A model generated the notes under the pieces. The model was not told the origin of the DNA. It saw nothing but the letters and a program-made list of their open reading frames with translations, and made no database searches. A stretch of DNA of 64,000 bases from Octopus bimaculoides (lineage: Eukaryota), in the NCBI RefSeq assembly GCF_001194135.2, contig NC_068993.1, positions 55,701,335-55,765,334 on the forward strand, in the 5' to 3' direction. This document shows positions 40,969 through 55,374 of the stretch, piece by piece (position 1 is the first letter of the stretch; each line of letters opens with the position of its first letter). Both the position numbers and the translations under genes were made by a program.

Positions 40969-41486
40969 CTCCATCGTTTGGTCGGTGTGATGTTCCTTAG
41001 AAATTCCTTTTCACTGGATGCAGCTTGTACAGCAGAAGTGCAAGTGCCATCGCGCTGGCTAGTTTCACACAGACTCTGTTGTTTATGGAAACCGACAGAG
41101 TTAAAACGGTGAAGTCCTTCGCCCATTTCAGCCCTATGACCGTCCAATTCGGCCGTATTGATAGATTTAACTGGGCTACTATTTCTAATATTTCTACTGT
41201 AAGCGCAATTAGTTTGCTCATCTAAGTTGGAAGATAAATAGTTTTGTGATCGCTGTTTTCGATCTGACGCTGTCGTCGTCGCCGTGGTAGACCGCGATGG
41301 TGCATCATAACGGCCACTGTTTTCTTTGCTCTCTTCTTGCTTTTCGGAAGTTTTCTTATTATAGTTGAACATAGCATATTTAGTATCCCTATGCGTGCCA
41401 TCTAACGAGATGTTCGTGAGGAAATTAAAAGCTGCTATCCTATGTCTGCACCGTTTCTTCTGCTGGCGTTGGCTGGTTGTCGCCAT
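40969..41486 (-). CDS. CABLES1: First coding exon of a CABLES (CDK5 and ABL1 enzyme substrate) family gene
   Basis: The ORF MATTSQRQQKKRCRHRIAAFNFLTNISLDGTHRDT carries the CABLES N-terminal motif (R..AA..FL.NISLDG), followed by a Ser/Thr-rich low-complexity linker. It ends at a canonical phase-2 donor, TGG AG|GTGAGA; the TGA in the ORF track lies inside the intron. The exon is CpG-rich relative to its surroundings. Invertebrates typically have one CABLES gene, so the paralogue number is nominal. Confidence 0.9.
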
Positions 41487-42260
41487 GTCGGAGTTATCAC
41501 GCGAATAAACGCTGAGCTTGTGCGAAACTAAAATAAATCAATAAAAAGTACGAGACTAAAGCAAACGAGGCTAGCTCTGTTCTCGTCCGAGCACCTTATC
41601 TTACGTCTGCTCTTTCCACTTGAATTTTTTTATTTATTTTTTCCCCACTTTTTACTAAATGAAATACTGACAATTTAAAAAGATGGGGCAATCGGATTCA
41701 GTGATGTTTACGTCTTTCTCAAGGGCATTAATGATCTGTGTAAAATTAAACAGCTCTGACAGGCACTTGAAACAATAATTAAGACCCAACTCAGCGAGCG
41801 TCTTTTAAGAATATTATATATTAGCTTCTTAGACACATAGTCCCGTTTTTTAAAGGGGAGTGTTGGAAGTTGTGACCTTCGATCCTTTCTTCAGAGCACT
41901 GATAGTTTAAGTAAAGCGAAATTGCTTCAACCGGCCTTAAACTGAGCTCGTCATGAGATTTCTATATGAGGCTCGCTTCAATTCAGACAGAACTGGCTGA
42001 ATTCTTTCTCATGCCAATTCCAACTTTAGCCTGAAGGCAGCGCAGGAAAAGCAGCTATAAATATGTCGATAAAAGATATTTTTGTACCTCTTAAACGAAA
42101 GAAAACTATATTTTTATCTCGTTTTCGTCTATCAGCGTTTCATTTTATAAACTGTACCGGTTTACAACCATTACGTTATTATTGTCATTAACATTATTAA
42201 TTTATGAAATAAATAGCTGATCGTGGAAATACATTTCCAACACTTCCCCTCGGCTTCCGC
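41487..42260 (-). promoter_or_regulatory. Putative CABLES 5' UTR and promoter region
   Basis: Repeat-free sequence immediately upstream of the CABLES ATG, visibly richer in CpG than the flanking DNA. The TSS cannot be located from sequence. Confidence 0.5.
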
Positions 42261-43462
42261 ATTCTTTCTTTCCTACAGTTTCTTTCCTACAGTTTCTTTC
42301 CTCTCTGTTTTGCCCTGTTTTCCTCTCTGCTTTGCCCTGCTTGCATCTCTGTTTTGCCCTGTTTTCCTCTCGCCGCTTTTTTCGCTGTTTATTTGTGTGA
42401 TTATTTATTTATCTTTCTTCTCCCCCCCCCCTCTCTCTNNNNNNNNNNNNNNNNNNNNNNNNNNNNNNNNNNNNNNNNNNNNNNNNNNNNNNNNNNNNNN
42501 NNNNNNNNNNNNNNNNNNNNNNNNNNNNNNNNNNNNNNNNNNNNNNNNNNNNNNNNNNNNNNNNNNNNNNNNNNNNNNNNNNNNNNNNNNNNNNNNNNNN
42601 NNNNNNNNNNNNNNNNNNNNNNNNNNNNNNNNNNNNNNNNNNNNNNNNNNNNNNNNNNNNNNNNNNNNNNNNNNNNNNNNNNNNNNNNNNNNNNNNNNNN
42701 NNNNNNNNNNNNNNNNNNNNNNNNNNNNNNNNNNNNNNNNNNNNNNNNNNNNNNNNNNNNNNNNNNNNNNNNNNNNNNNNNNNNNNNNNNNNNNNNNNNN
42801 NNNNNNNNNNNNNNNNNNNNNNNNNNNNNNNNNNNAAAAAAAAAAAAAAAAAAAAATCACCTAGTTTTCACAAATTGTTGCTTGCTTCAGATTATCACTG
42901 ATTATGCAGAAATATGATCGAAGACATTCCAGTTTTAGGTGTATCTAAGGTATCTTCAATATCTAACATAATCTTTCCTTTATTTAAGAATATAGTGTTG
43001 TTTGAGGGAAATTTGGCTTCTATTTCTAGCAGGTCAAATGACCTTGTAGATATTCCCTCATTAGCTCATTATAACCTATCAAGAGCTTAGCTTAGAAGTT
43101 ACTTTATCTGATTTTAAAATATTTTTTATGTAATGCAGATTTCATAATAAGAAAATTAGACATTGAAGAATATTGTTGATTGCAGAAGTATGAAACACTG
43201 GATAATGGTTCAAGCAGAACTACATGATAATTGCAATTTAATTTTTGATTCCTTAGTGATTAAATCCTGAAAATAAATCAGATACTACAGATTTAGCTTA
43301 ATGGAAGTGTGCTATCACAGAGTGTGAATCATGGATTATAATAATATGGGGAGATGAATATGTAGAGAATCATAAATCAGTCCATGAAAAGCAAACTTGC
43401 AAGATAATAATCTAACAAATGGCTTAAATAACATCCTCTAGCAGTTGACATGTCAATGTAGC

Positions 43463-44658
43463 AAGGTGGGTGAGCTGGCAGAATCGTTAGCAAGGTGGTG
43501 AGCTGGCAGAATTGTTAGCAAGCTGGGCAAAATGCTTTGTAGCTTTCCACCTGTCTTTACACTCTGTGATCATATTCCGCCGAGGTTAACTTATCTTTCA
43601 TCCTTCTGGAGTCAATAAAATAGGTACCAGTTGATTGCTGGGATTGGGGTAATCAATTTACCACCCTCCTCCAAAATTGATGGCCTTGTGCCAAAATGTG
43701 AAACCAATATATCAAGGTAGCTGTGACAAGCTACATTGACTGTCATAAATAGTACATATGATATGAAACTTCATTTATGACATCAAAATAAAACCACATA
43801 AAAATGATATAATTTGCAAAAAAAGAATGTTATGCATAAACTCAAAATAAAAGAGTGAATGTTGTCGAGATGAAAATGAACATAATCTTTAACAAGATTG
43901 TTGATCAATTGGTCTACATTCATTAATTAATCTAGAAGTCTGAAGTTGAAGTTTACTTATTCTTTGGGTTTTTATTATTTTCAATGTTATAAGGTGGTGA
44001 GCTGGCAGAAACGTTAGCACGCCGGGTGAAATGCTTAGCAGTATTTCATCTGTCTTTATGTTCTGAGTTCAAATTCCACCAAGGTTGACTTTGCCTTCCA
44101 TCCTTTCGAGGTTGATAAATTTAGTACTGGTTGCAAACTGGAGTTGATCTAATCAACTGGCCCCTTTTCCAAAAATTTCAGGCCTTGTGCCTAGAATAGA
44201 AAAGAATATTTAAGGTGGTGAGCTGGCAGAAAGGTTAGCATGCTGGGCAAAATGCTAAGCGGTATTTTGTCTGTCTTTACGTTCTGAGTTCAAATTCCAA
44301 TGAGGTTGACTTTGCATTTCATTCTTTTGGGGTCAATAAATTAAGTACCAGTTGTGTACTGGGTCGATCTAATCAACTGGCCCCTTCCCCCAAAATTTCG
44401 GGCCTTGTGCCTAGAGTAGAAAAGATTATTTTCAATGATAAGGCAGCAAGCTGGCTGAATTGTTGTCATGCTGGACAAAATGCTTAGCAGCATTTCGTCC
44501 ATCTTTACTTTCTGAGTTCAAATTCTGCCATGGTTGACTTTGTCTTTCATTCTTTTAGGGTCAATAAAATAAGTACCAGTTGAAGACCGGGATTGCTTTA
44601 ATCAACCAGTCCTTTACCTGAATTTGCTGATCATGTACCAAAATCTGAAACCATTATT
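43463..44658 (+). mobile_element. Cluster of four same-orientation SINEs (aaggtggtgagctggcagaa family)
   Basis: Copies at about 43463-43710 (duplicated head), 43991-44210, 44212-44430 and 44440-44658. Confidence 0.88.
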
Positions 44659-45113
44659 ACTTCCGCCTTAGCCCTTAGCTATAACCAGAGTAGATCAGCT
44701 TCCACCAACTTTGTGATCTGTCAGTTTGCCATAACAACAAAAATTGAAGCCACTACAGCTAAGGTCATACTGGAGCACAAATAGCAGTATGGTCTAGCAG
44801 TGATGGCTAAAATGAAAGAATTTTGGCAGCGCTCCAATGTAGCCTTAATTGTGATTGCTGAAATAAACTAAAGAACTACTGAAAGAAATACAAATTTATC
44901 ATACAATTTTACCATTGCTGAGGATATAAATATCACAACTGCAACAACAGTCTGCGTTTGAATGAGATCAGTTTACAGGTGAAATGGCTGAATAAAAATT
45001 ATATGGAACCACATCCTTAAAAGTCTTGAGTTCATATCTCTTCTGTGCATTTCATTGTGCTTCTTTGTAGGAAGTTAATTATACCAAATTTATAATGAAA
45101 ATTCACCCTAAAC

Positions 45114-45727
45114 CAACGGTTCTCAACTGTGGCTTCCAGGGCCACATATGGTCCTCAAACATCCTTCTGGCTGTCCCCAACAGTCCTTTCTCTTTTTCTT
45201 TTGTCTTTTATTTTAATTGCTTCAGTCATTTCACTGGATTTTAGTTGAAGAATTTTGAAGGAGTTTTGTTGAACAAATCAATCTCAAGACTTATCAGTAT
45301 TTTCTTAAAGTCTGGCACTTATTTTATCGATCTCTTTGCCAAACTGCTATGTTATGGGGGATGTAAACACACAAACACTGGTTGTCAAGTGGTGGTTGGG
45401 GACAGACACAGACAGAAAGCCACACACACACACACACACACACATGATGGGCTTTTTTCAGTTTCCATTTGCCAAATCCACTCACAATGCTTTGGTCATC
45501 CTGAGGCTACAATAGAAGACACTTGCCCAAAGTGCCATGTAGTGAGACTGAACCCAGAACCATGTGGTTGGAAAGCAAGCTTCGTACCATACAGCCATGC
45601 CTGCACCTATAAATAATATAAATTTTTCTTAAACTGACTTGTATTTTACCTTTTTTTTTGGTGTGGTCCCCTAAAAAAACCCAGGCTTTGGGTCCGGCCC
45701 AGGTATTAAAAAGATTAAGAACCCCTT
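45114..45727. mobile_element. hAT-type MITE interrupted by a SINE
   Basis: Ends are caacggttctcaac and gattaagaacccctt. The 8-bp target duplication is ccctaaac (45106-13) / ctctaaac (45728-35). Confidence 0.7.
45200..45611 (-). mobile_element. tRNA-derived microsatellite-bearing SINE nested in the MITE
   Basis: Colinear with 19674-20085. Confidence 0.85.
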
Positions 45728-45899
45728 CTCTAAACACTTGATTCTACATGTCCCACTTCACCTAATTGTTGGGAAATGTTAATAAATCTTAAGAGAATGT
45801 TACTTATGAGTAACTAGTATTCCCTCCTGAAGAATGGTTATTTCATTCATTTAATATCATAAAATTGCTAAGTCGGCTTCTGCAGAGCTGACTAGGACT

Positions 45900-46262
45900 A
45901 CACATGAAACCAGTCTTTAGGGATTTTCAAGACTTTTTTCAAATAGTTTGGTCTGTTTGAAGAAGCTGGGCCCATGATCTTTGCAGACGCTCTGGCACCA
46001 GTATGACTGATGTCATTGATGTTCTTGAACAATAGCGAGTCAATGACTACAAGAGAAATATGAATTGAGAAGGACTTCCAGAGGTCTGCCTTGTGGGTAG
46101 CAAGAAGTGGAAATAGTGGTGGGACCTATCGAGTATACACAATATGGGTGACAAGACAAAGAGAAGGGAGTGAGTTGAGTGGTCATGAGTAGAAGAGGAA
46201 TGACACCAGAAAATCTGAAGAACAGAGGCTATTGCTGTAACGGTAGAAAAGGCAGACAATAA
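45900..46262 (-). mobile_element. CR1/L2-type LINE 3' fragment
   Basis: The minus strand reads LSAFYRYSNSLCSSDF...SSTH...HHYFHFLLP, resembling the CR1-like C-terminus (FYRY.NG.CS.EL...SFFPRT). Confidence 0.5.
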
Positions 46263-46296
46263 GATAGCATGTCTTGCTGGTCAGAGATTGCTGTGT

Positions 46297-46476
46297 GTTG
46301 GTGGGTGACTTCATACTAATTAGTTCTAATCAGTGACTTCATACTAATTAATTTAAATCAGCAACTTCATACTAATCAGTTGGTGGGTGACTTCATACTA
46401 ATGAGTGGTTATTATCTGCATATGATTAAGTATGAATATGTATACATCCGTAACATGGTGTATACATCCGTAACAT
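46297..46476. repeat. Short tandem repeats: acttcatactaat x4 and a 20-bp-period duplication
   Basis: The core starts at 46308, 46336, 46364 and 46390. tgtatacatccgtaacat occurs at 46439 and 46459. Confidence 0.9.
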
Positions 46477-49026
46477 TACTTCAGTAAAGAAGCATTATTC
46501 CATTACAGGTCTCACTTAAGCATTTTAGAGAGTCAGCAGCCAATGAGAGCTGAAGAACTTTCTGGCATTAGAAATGAAAGCACGTCTTTAGGATGTTGTA
46601 ATTTTGTTTGATGTACCATTTGTTGCAATTTTGATGATTTTAATTGTGTGTTGTTCATGACTAGGTGTGGTGGGTTACAAAAGTGTTTCCTTCATCTATT
46701 CACTGGTTATATTTTTATGTTATTGTAAAATTGCAAAATTAACTCAACACTATAAGAAGATATTTTCAAAGTTTCTATTAATGGGGGTAGTGTGTGTTTG
46801 GCATCAGGTGTCATGTTTCATGCAGATGATTCTTGAATGTGGTAAATTACAGAGAAGTGAATTACTTGAATAGGAATTGGTATTATTAGAAGTGCAGCTA
46901 GTAGTTTGTTGGAGGAAGAGCATGGACACATAAATAAACCTTGAGGAACAGCACAATTGATAGACCATGGGCGAGAGAAAGCTCTATGAAGATGTTCTAC
47001 GAGGGTGTGATCTAACAGGAAACTTCCATTTCAAAAGATGAGTAATGAATAGAGCCAATAGGTAATGTGGTTTAGCTAAAAGATTTGCATGCTACCCATA
47101 CTCTAATAGAATCGCACACACTTTTCTTTCTCTATTTCTCTTTTAATGATTTAGAATTCTAAGGCAGGAAAAGTGGAATTCTGACTAAATGTGTTCCAGA
47201 ATTTAACATAGTTCCATTACTTCCTGAGTTCTAATTCTGCAATGTATGACTTTGATTTTCATCACTTTCGGCATCAATAAAGTGAATTCTTGTTATACAC
47301 AAGGACTAATTCAATAAGATGTACTCTTTCTTTATATATATATTGTGTCCTTGTAATGGTGACTATCATAGTTCATTCATCTGGTACCACTGAAGAATTT
47401 GTCATCATATAGTGTATTCTGAGCGAGTTTCTCATACTCCAAGTTATATTATTCATAATGAGAGTTCAACTTGGCACCTTAAGCTGATGAAAGACTTTTC
47501 CATATTGCCATTGCTTATGAGATCATTGTATGGTTGCTTGTTGGATGTGTGTGGTGCTGAAGGCAATTGTCATGTAATCTAGCTAACTGTGTGTATAATA
47601 AATGAAGTAAACTCATGAACTTTTAACACATTTATTGCTGGACATGTTTTACTGCACTGGCTGTTTACAAAAGAAAGATGCTGCTGATATAAAAGCTGAC
47701 TGGGAGAAGAGAAATGTCGTGCCATGTAGAAAGCTAGTTGTGGTACATCCTGTGTGGGAGTCTGAAGTTGTCTCTTGTTCAAGGTAGCCTGTCTCAGTGC
47801 CCAAAGTGGTCTGGTCTTAGCAGTCTGTTTTCTATGAGTGTCCAAGGTGGTCTATGTGAATGCCTGAGGTTGACTACTCTTTCAGTCTGCTGCAGCTGTC
47901 TATGTGAATGTCAAAGGTCGTCTGGCTGAGTTAGGCACCCAATGGTTATCATAGGGTGAAAAGGAGGCAATTTTAGATCATCCAAGAAACCATATTGCAC
48001 CACAGCTTCACACTGATTGGTCTATTTATAGATCAATCATATGAAATTGTGGAGGCTTATTTGTGATGCCTAACTGAATATCTTGTGGTTGGGGGTCAGA
48101 TCCCTACAAGTTGTTCCTGACCCTCAGTATCTATTGAAATCTAAATGGTCTGTGCCTTTTCAGAAATAAATGTCATGACCAAAGACACAGTACAGTGACA
48201 AATAAGATATGAACTATCAGGTCATTCCATAAATTCTGTCCGAATTTTGAATAAAGAAAACAAGTGATCAAATGTTATATTTAATTGAAATTTAATCATC
48301 AATGTACTTTCCCTGATTATCTATGACTTCCTTCCATCTATTTACAAGTTTTTAAATCCCATCAATGTAAAACTCTTTTGGTTTCAAAGTGAAGAACTCT
48401 GAAATGTCAGTTTCGACCTACGTATATCTCTCCCTCATATCTCTCTTTGATGTCATCCTCTATGGACCCTTCTTTATCTACAGCTTTTCTTGGCACGAGC
48501 CATTGAAGAAGACTCTATATGGTTCGATCTGCTACGAATAGCAGCCAATTTACCCTCAGATCACACCCTTCCATCATTAAAAAAATGGTACATTGGATAT
48601 TGTAGCCTGGAATGCAACGTGCATGGGTGTATCTTAAAAAATGACGAGATAATCATTGCTAGAATGTTGCAAGTCACATCTTTTCAATCGGGGTTGATCG
48701 GTAGGGTTGGCAAACGGACGAAACAGTTATTCTTGACACTCGTGCTGATCCCACCACCACCACCGGCACTGATGTCGTAAAGGTTAAATTATTTGTTATT
48801 CTAAACTATCTGCACCAGTTTTTATCCTCACCTACCCGTATCCCTTGACTGACACACCAACATTCCAAATACCCTTTATATCTTTCTCAACTCCAGCACC
48901 AGCCTTTACCCAATTGTCACTGTTTCTGCCCCCACCGAATCATTTGATAATTGCCTAATCAAAACAACACGCCTCACAAGTTTTTTTTTAATGCATAACA
49001 AGTTTGTCCTATGAACCCTTCTAGTA

Positions 49027-49247
49027 CAATGGTTCTCAACCAAGGCCCATATAAAATTTCGTTAAAATTTATCTGCAATAAATTGCTTAAACTTCTATAA
49101 TACTCAAAATATTTTAATAATTTTTTTTTTTTACAATTCCAAATAATATTTAATTATCAAAATAAAACAGGATTTTTTAAACATCGACTAAAATAGGAAT
49201 CAAAGAGGTCTATAAATAAATAATAATAAAATAGTTAAGAAACACTG
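49027..49247. mobile_element. hAT (Charlie-like) MITE
   Basis: TIRs caatggttctcaac / gttaagaaacactg. The 8-bp target duplication ttctagta (49019-26) / atctagta (49248-55) resembles the Charlie NTCTAGAN target preference. Confidence 0.75.
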
Positions 49248-50057
49248 ATCTAGTAATTAAAATAAGCTAAGTGGACAATGCACTGTCAGTCCTGTATCGA
49301 TTGCTCATAATAACTATTACAGATAGAAATATTCCAAGGTTTAATTTCTACTAATAGTCATATTTCATTCAAGCCCCAATATTCTGGAGAAAAGCACGAA
49401 TTAAATGCAATTACAATTTAATTCCTCGATACATCTGAAACTATTCATAACTTGGTGTATTATTAAAATTAGTGGAGTTTGCAGCCTATCGGATTCAGAG
49501 ATTTAGATTTCACTATTTGATTTCGTCTCTATAATTGTGATGTCAACTTTAAAAGCACTCCGTTGTCTATTTTTCTTCCTCTAATGCGGGGTTGATTAAA
49601 TAAGCAACTAGTAATAGACTAGGGTTCACATATTACACAAACGAACAAGACCAATGTCTGTAAAACAATAATAACCTTGTCACTGAGAAAAGCGAAATTA
49701 AAGATACCGATTCTGTGTGATTATGTAAGGTATGGGCAGACAATTCAGACCAAGTGCTTCAAATAAATAAAACGCTGTCTTGCACGCACGCATATAGACA
49801 CATCGTGTGCCTGTGTGTGTATACATACAGACAAACACATACATATATGTATATGAGTGAATGTATGTATATGTATGTGAGCACATACATGTGTGTGTGA
49901 GCACAGACACACACACACATATATATATATATATATCATCGTCGTTTAACGTCCGTTTTCCATGCTAGCATGGGTTGGACGATTTGACTGAGGACTGGTG
50001 AAACCAGATGGCTACACGTGAATGTATATATATGTGAGCACATATATGTGTGTGTAA

Positions 50058-50112
<55 letters not shown>

Positions 50113-50199
50113 AATATGTATGTGAGCACATACATATATGTGTGTGCATAAATGTTTCTGCGTGCATACATACACACATTATGTATAGATAAAACGCCA

Positions 50200-50828
<629 letters not shown>

Positions 50829-50871
50829 TAAATAAATACATATTCGTACTCGCATAACACATATATATACG

Positions 50872-50909
<38 letters not shown>

Positions 50910-50944
50910 ATATATATGTATAATATATATATATAATATATATG

Positions 50945-50984
<40 letters not shown>

Positions 50985-51681
50985 TCACTCAAACACACTC
51001 ACATAAGTTTGTATAAAATATTATGCTTAGATACCCTTCTGTATATATTGATAAACAACTGAACAGTTTAGAACTGCCTCTCTCTATATATACATACATA
51101 TCTATATACATACATACATATTTATATATACATACATGTATGTTAATATTTCTGTGAAAAAAGAAAAAAAAGGCTACTGTGTATATACGCTCATATAAAA
51201 ACCATAAATTCGATATATTTCTGTCTGTAGATGAAATACTTGGTGCTTATTTTTGTGTGTCTAATAATGGAGATAATGCTTGTGTAACTGTGTATATACA
51301 CTTGATATTTATATCCTTGTATGTACGATGTAATGCCATTGTCTATGTATTCATTCGAAGTTGGACGTTCGTTCTGTCGCTTTTTAGTTTCTGGCGATTA
51401 CAAAATACAAAGATCGCATCGAGAGACAAACTCCGAGTAGATGGAATTACCATCTTCACACAGATAAATTCTATAACAGGCATTGAGTACGTTTTTTTGT
51501 TTTGTTTGTCTTTTGTAAATCCGTTCGTACGTATGTATACACACAAATACATAAGTATGTATACGATATATTTCTTGATATATTTATATAAATAATTACA
51601 TATCTTTTGTTTATCTTTTTACTGGTTTCAGCCAGTTGCGACCATGCTGGGACAGCGCTGTTTCACACACACACAAACATA

Positions 51682-51717
<36 letters not shown>

Positions 51718-51912
51718 GAATCTACATTTATGTGTTTTCCCAACAGGCATGGGATGTAGGTAGTGCTTTTCGGTCGGATGCTTTTCTTGACACCAACCGT
51801 GTTAGTTACCTCATAAAATACGCAGAGATACAGTATACCTATTCTTAAAACGGACGCAAAGAATGTGGACCGCACCCACTTTCGTTTATTAAAAAATATA
51901 TTTTTTTTTACA

Positions 51913-52302
51913 GAAGTGGCTGTGTGGTAAGTAGCTTGCTTACCAACCACATGGTTCTGGGATCAGTTCCCCTGCGTGGCACCTTGGGCAAGTGTCTTCT
52001 ACTATAGCCTCGGGCCGACCAAAGCCTTGTGAGTGGATTTGGTAGACGGAAACTGAAGGAAGCCCGTCGTATATATATATATATNNNNNNNNNNNNNNNN
52101 NNNNNNNNNNNNNNNNNNNNNNNNNNNNNNNNNNNNNNNNNNNNNNNNNNNNNNNNNNNNNNNNNNNNNNNNNNNNNNNNNNNNNNNNNNNNNNNNNNNN
52201 NNNNNNNNNNNNNNNNNNNNNNNNNNNNNNNNNNNNNNNNNNNNNNNNNNNNNNNNNNNNNNNNNNNNNNNNNNNNNNNNNNNNNGAAACGAGTAAAAGA
52301 GT
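51913..52302 (+). mobile_element. tRNA-derived microsatellite-bearing SINE, with an assembly gap over its internal microsatellite and 3' half
   Basis: Head gaagtggctgtgtggtaagtagcttgc, then ccttgggcaagtg, (TA)n and the gap. The tail gaaacgagtaaaagagt follows the gap. Confidence 0.85.
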
Positions 52303-53734
52303 AATCCCCCATCTTCGAGTACGGAGATTCTGATTCTGCAAAAAAATGGCATTTTAAAATTTTAATTTCCCCCACCCCTAACCCCCCAAATTCTTCAATT
52401 TTCACTTTTTTCTTAAAAATTTGGAACTTTACAATTTTTTTTTTTTTGTTTCAGAATTATAATCTCCGTATTTTTCTATGTATTTCTCAAAAAAAAATTT
52501 CTGAAAAAAGTGAAAATTGAAGGGTGGAGGGACTTGAGTGAGGGAGGGAAATAAAATTTTTAAAATGCGGTCGTCAAATAAAATTAGCGAGACAAGGATA
52601 TTTGAGTTATTAGTACAGCCTGTCGATGGTCTTCTACACAGTTTCCGTTTGGATTGACCTGAGGCTGTGGTAAAGACATATATCTAAGGTGCTATGCAGT
52701 GGAATCGAACTTGAAAGTTTTTGCCTTACAAGCGAACTTTTTACCTCCTCCCTCCACTCACACACAGACATCATTCTTGTCATTTAACATCCGTTTTCTA
52801 TACTACCATAAGTTGGCTGGCTCAGAAGGATTTGTCAGCTTTTGGCATAATCTCGAAGGCTAGATACCCTTACTAACACCATCCACTTTAATGTACAGGG
52901 TGTTGTTATATGCCACTGGTATGAGAGTGATGTCGCTAAGTAATTTGCAAGAAAAGAAAAAACCCTTTTGACTAAGTGGTGGTGGTGGTGGTGGTATTTG
53001 AAATTGGCTTCGTGCCAAGTATTGAGAGGCTATAAACAGACTGACAAATATCTATATATATCTAGCTATCTATCTATCTATCTATCTACCTATCTCTCTA
53101 TCTCTCTCTCTATATATATATATGATGGAGGGACGAGCACAGATGTTTTGCTATAGGGCAGATACATGGCTACCTGTATTACATAAGGGTGAGGAGGAGT
53201 AACTGGAGAGAAGAACAAAGATGGTAGTGATCAGGAGCCAGACCATACTCACTAACACACACAACTGTGGCAAATTGACAGAGTAGTTAGTGTATTTGAT
53301 AGAATGCCTTGTGGTATGTGTTCTGCCTCTCGATGCTCCAATCCCACCAGAGTCAACTTGACTTTTAAACCTTTCTGTTTCTAAGTATACTTAATGCTGA
53401 CACAATCCATCTCTCCTTTCAACTGTCATATCCTGAATGATCTATGGAGTCAAAGGTGGGAGGTTTTGGAGAGAGTATGCTCACTACTTATCATGGCACT
53501 TGAAACCTACTTATGAAATCCTGGTGCATGCTGATACCAAGTCATTGTCAGTAGTTAGTGAAGGCCATCTGTCAATCTGTCTGTCTACCTTGAAAACAGG
53601 CTGGACTTTCCTAATGTTTATATGCTTTCACTATTGGTTGCATATCCTTGACATTTTGTGAGCTATGTCTGTCAACATAATGAAGTAATTCCAACCCCCC
53701 AGAAACAGCTGTTGGACCTGTAACACCATACCTT

Positions 53735-53872
53735 CTCCCAAGGGCATCCAGCTGTAGAAACTCTGCCAAATTTAGATTGGAGCCTGGTGTTGCCATCCGG
53801 TTTCACCAGTCCTCAGTCAAATCGTCCAACCCATGCTAGCATGGAAAGCGGATGTTAAACGATGATGATGAT
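53735..53872 (+). mobile_element. (GAT)-tail SINE/RTE-type 3' repeat
   Basis: Nearly identical to 61-195 of this window. Confidence 0.85.
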
Positions 53873-55374
53873 TGTCTGATTATTTTTGGTCTTTGTTTTC
53901 TCTCTATTTTTATTTGTTTATTTACATTATTATCTCCATGTGTTCACTTGGATTCCTCTTATAGCCATTCTCTACCCCGCAGACTTAATCCTCAGTAAAG
54001 ATTTCAGAGTGTAAGTTCAAATCAGTTGAGTGCTACTAAGTATTTTCTGTATTGAACATCTCTTGTGTGTGTGTGTAGGGGGAAGCACCTTGGGCAAGTG
54101 TTCTCTAATAGGGTCCCAGGTTGACTAAAGCCTTGTGAGTGGGTTTGGTTCATGGAAACTGAAAGAAACCCATCATATACATGCATGAATATACATATGT
54201 ATATATGTTTGTATATGTTTGTTTACATTTGTACTCATGAACTACAAATGACAGTGTTATTTATCCTGTCAACAAATCATCTGCTGGCTTTGCACTCTTG
54301 AAAACATTGAAATAGGGTATCCTTGGAAAATGGGTAAAGATTAATGACAAGAAGGGCGTCCAAGAAGGGCTTCACAGAGATGACAAAGGACTGGGATGAT
54401 TGACAATTTGCTGTGTTTGAGAAGGGTCATCTGTCTTCCTGAAAGTGAGGTCCTAAAAGCATTGTGCTTTTCTCTATACACTCACTGGACCCTGCCCTTG
54501 CTCTCTGTGTGTCGAGCTTTCCTCATTTCTCACATTCTTAACACCCACCCCTCGACTCTCCTAACTACTGCACCATTCAGCTGCTATAATTATAAGAGAG
54601 CAGAATATGCACATATAGTGACTTCCTCTCCTTGGAATCACAGCTTTTTAAAACCCATCTCTCATTCTTGATATCACCCCTTTCCACTTTATTTCCCACC
54701 AATCACCTCTTGTTGTGTCTCCTTGTGATATATCTTAGGCCTGTTGTTAACTTATCTTTAACACTCACTCTTATCTGCTGTCATTCTTATCATCCTGTCA
54801 TATCTGCCGGTGATGGCATCTCCTTCATTATACCCACCCCTTCATACCTCTGACATCCATCTGGGTCACTGTATACTTTTCTTGCTTCCTCTTCCTCTCT
54901 CACCCCCACATGTCATTTCCATGTTTCCCCAATCTCTTATCCTACTCTTCTTCTCCATTCCTGTACTGTCACTTATCACCTCCTCCTTCCTGAGCCTGAT
55001 ATCTACCTTTAACCTGATATTTACCTTTTAACCATACCACCACCTAGGTTCCTTTCATTATTCATTATATTCACCTCTACACCCATCTCTATTCCAGATG
55101 CATTGTATTCTCGCTTAGACTCACCTTGTATTTTGAGAATACACTCCAACATCTTGTCATTACCATCTTTATCCTTCTTTCCAGCTACTCCTACCCACTG
55201 TTATATGATGCAGGGGTAACCATGTATCTCCTCTACAGCAAAACACTTGTGCCTGTCCTACTATCATACTTTAGCCTCTCAATACTTTGCATAAAACCCA
55301 TCTCCCTCTCTACCGCAACAACACTCAGTTGAGGGAGGGTCTTTTCCTTGTCTTGCGAGTTACTTGGTGTCCAA

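Noticed and set aside
40997-41225. Alternative-frame and antisense ORFs overlapping CABLES exon 1
   Set aside because: They are shadows of the real GC-richer coding exon and have no recognisable motifs.
42056-42063. TATAAATA box in the CABLES upstream region
   Set aside because: It is oriented away from CABLES, and such motifs are expected by chance in AT-rich DNA.
46308-46402. Repeat-spacer pattern superficially like a CRISPR array
   Set aside because: This is a eukaryotic genome, the repeat is only 13 bp with 13-15 bp related spacers, and there are no cas genes.
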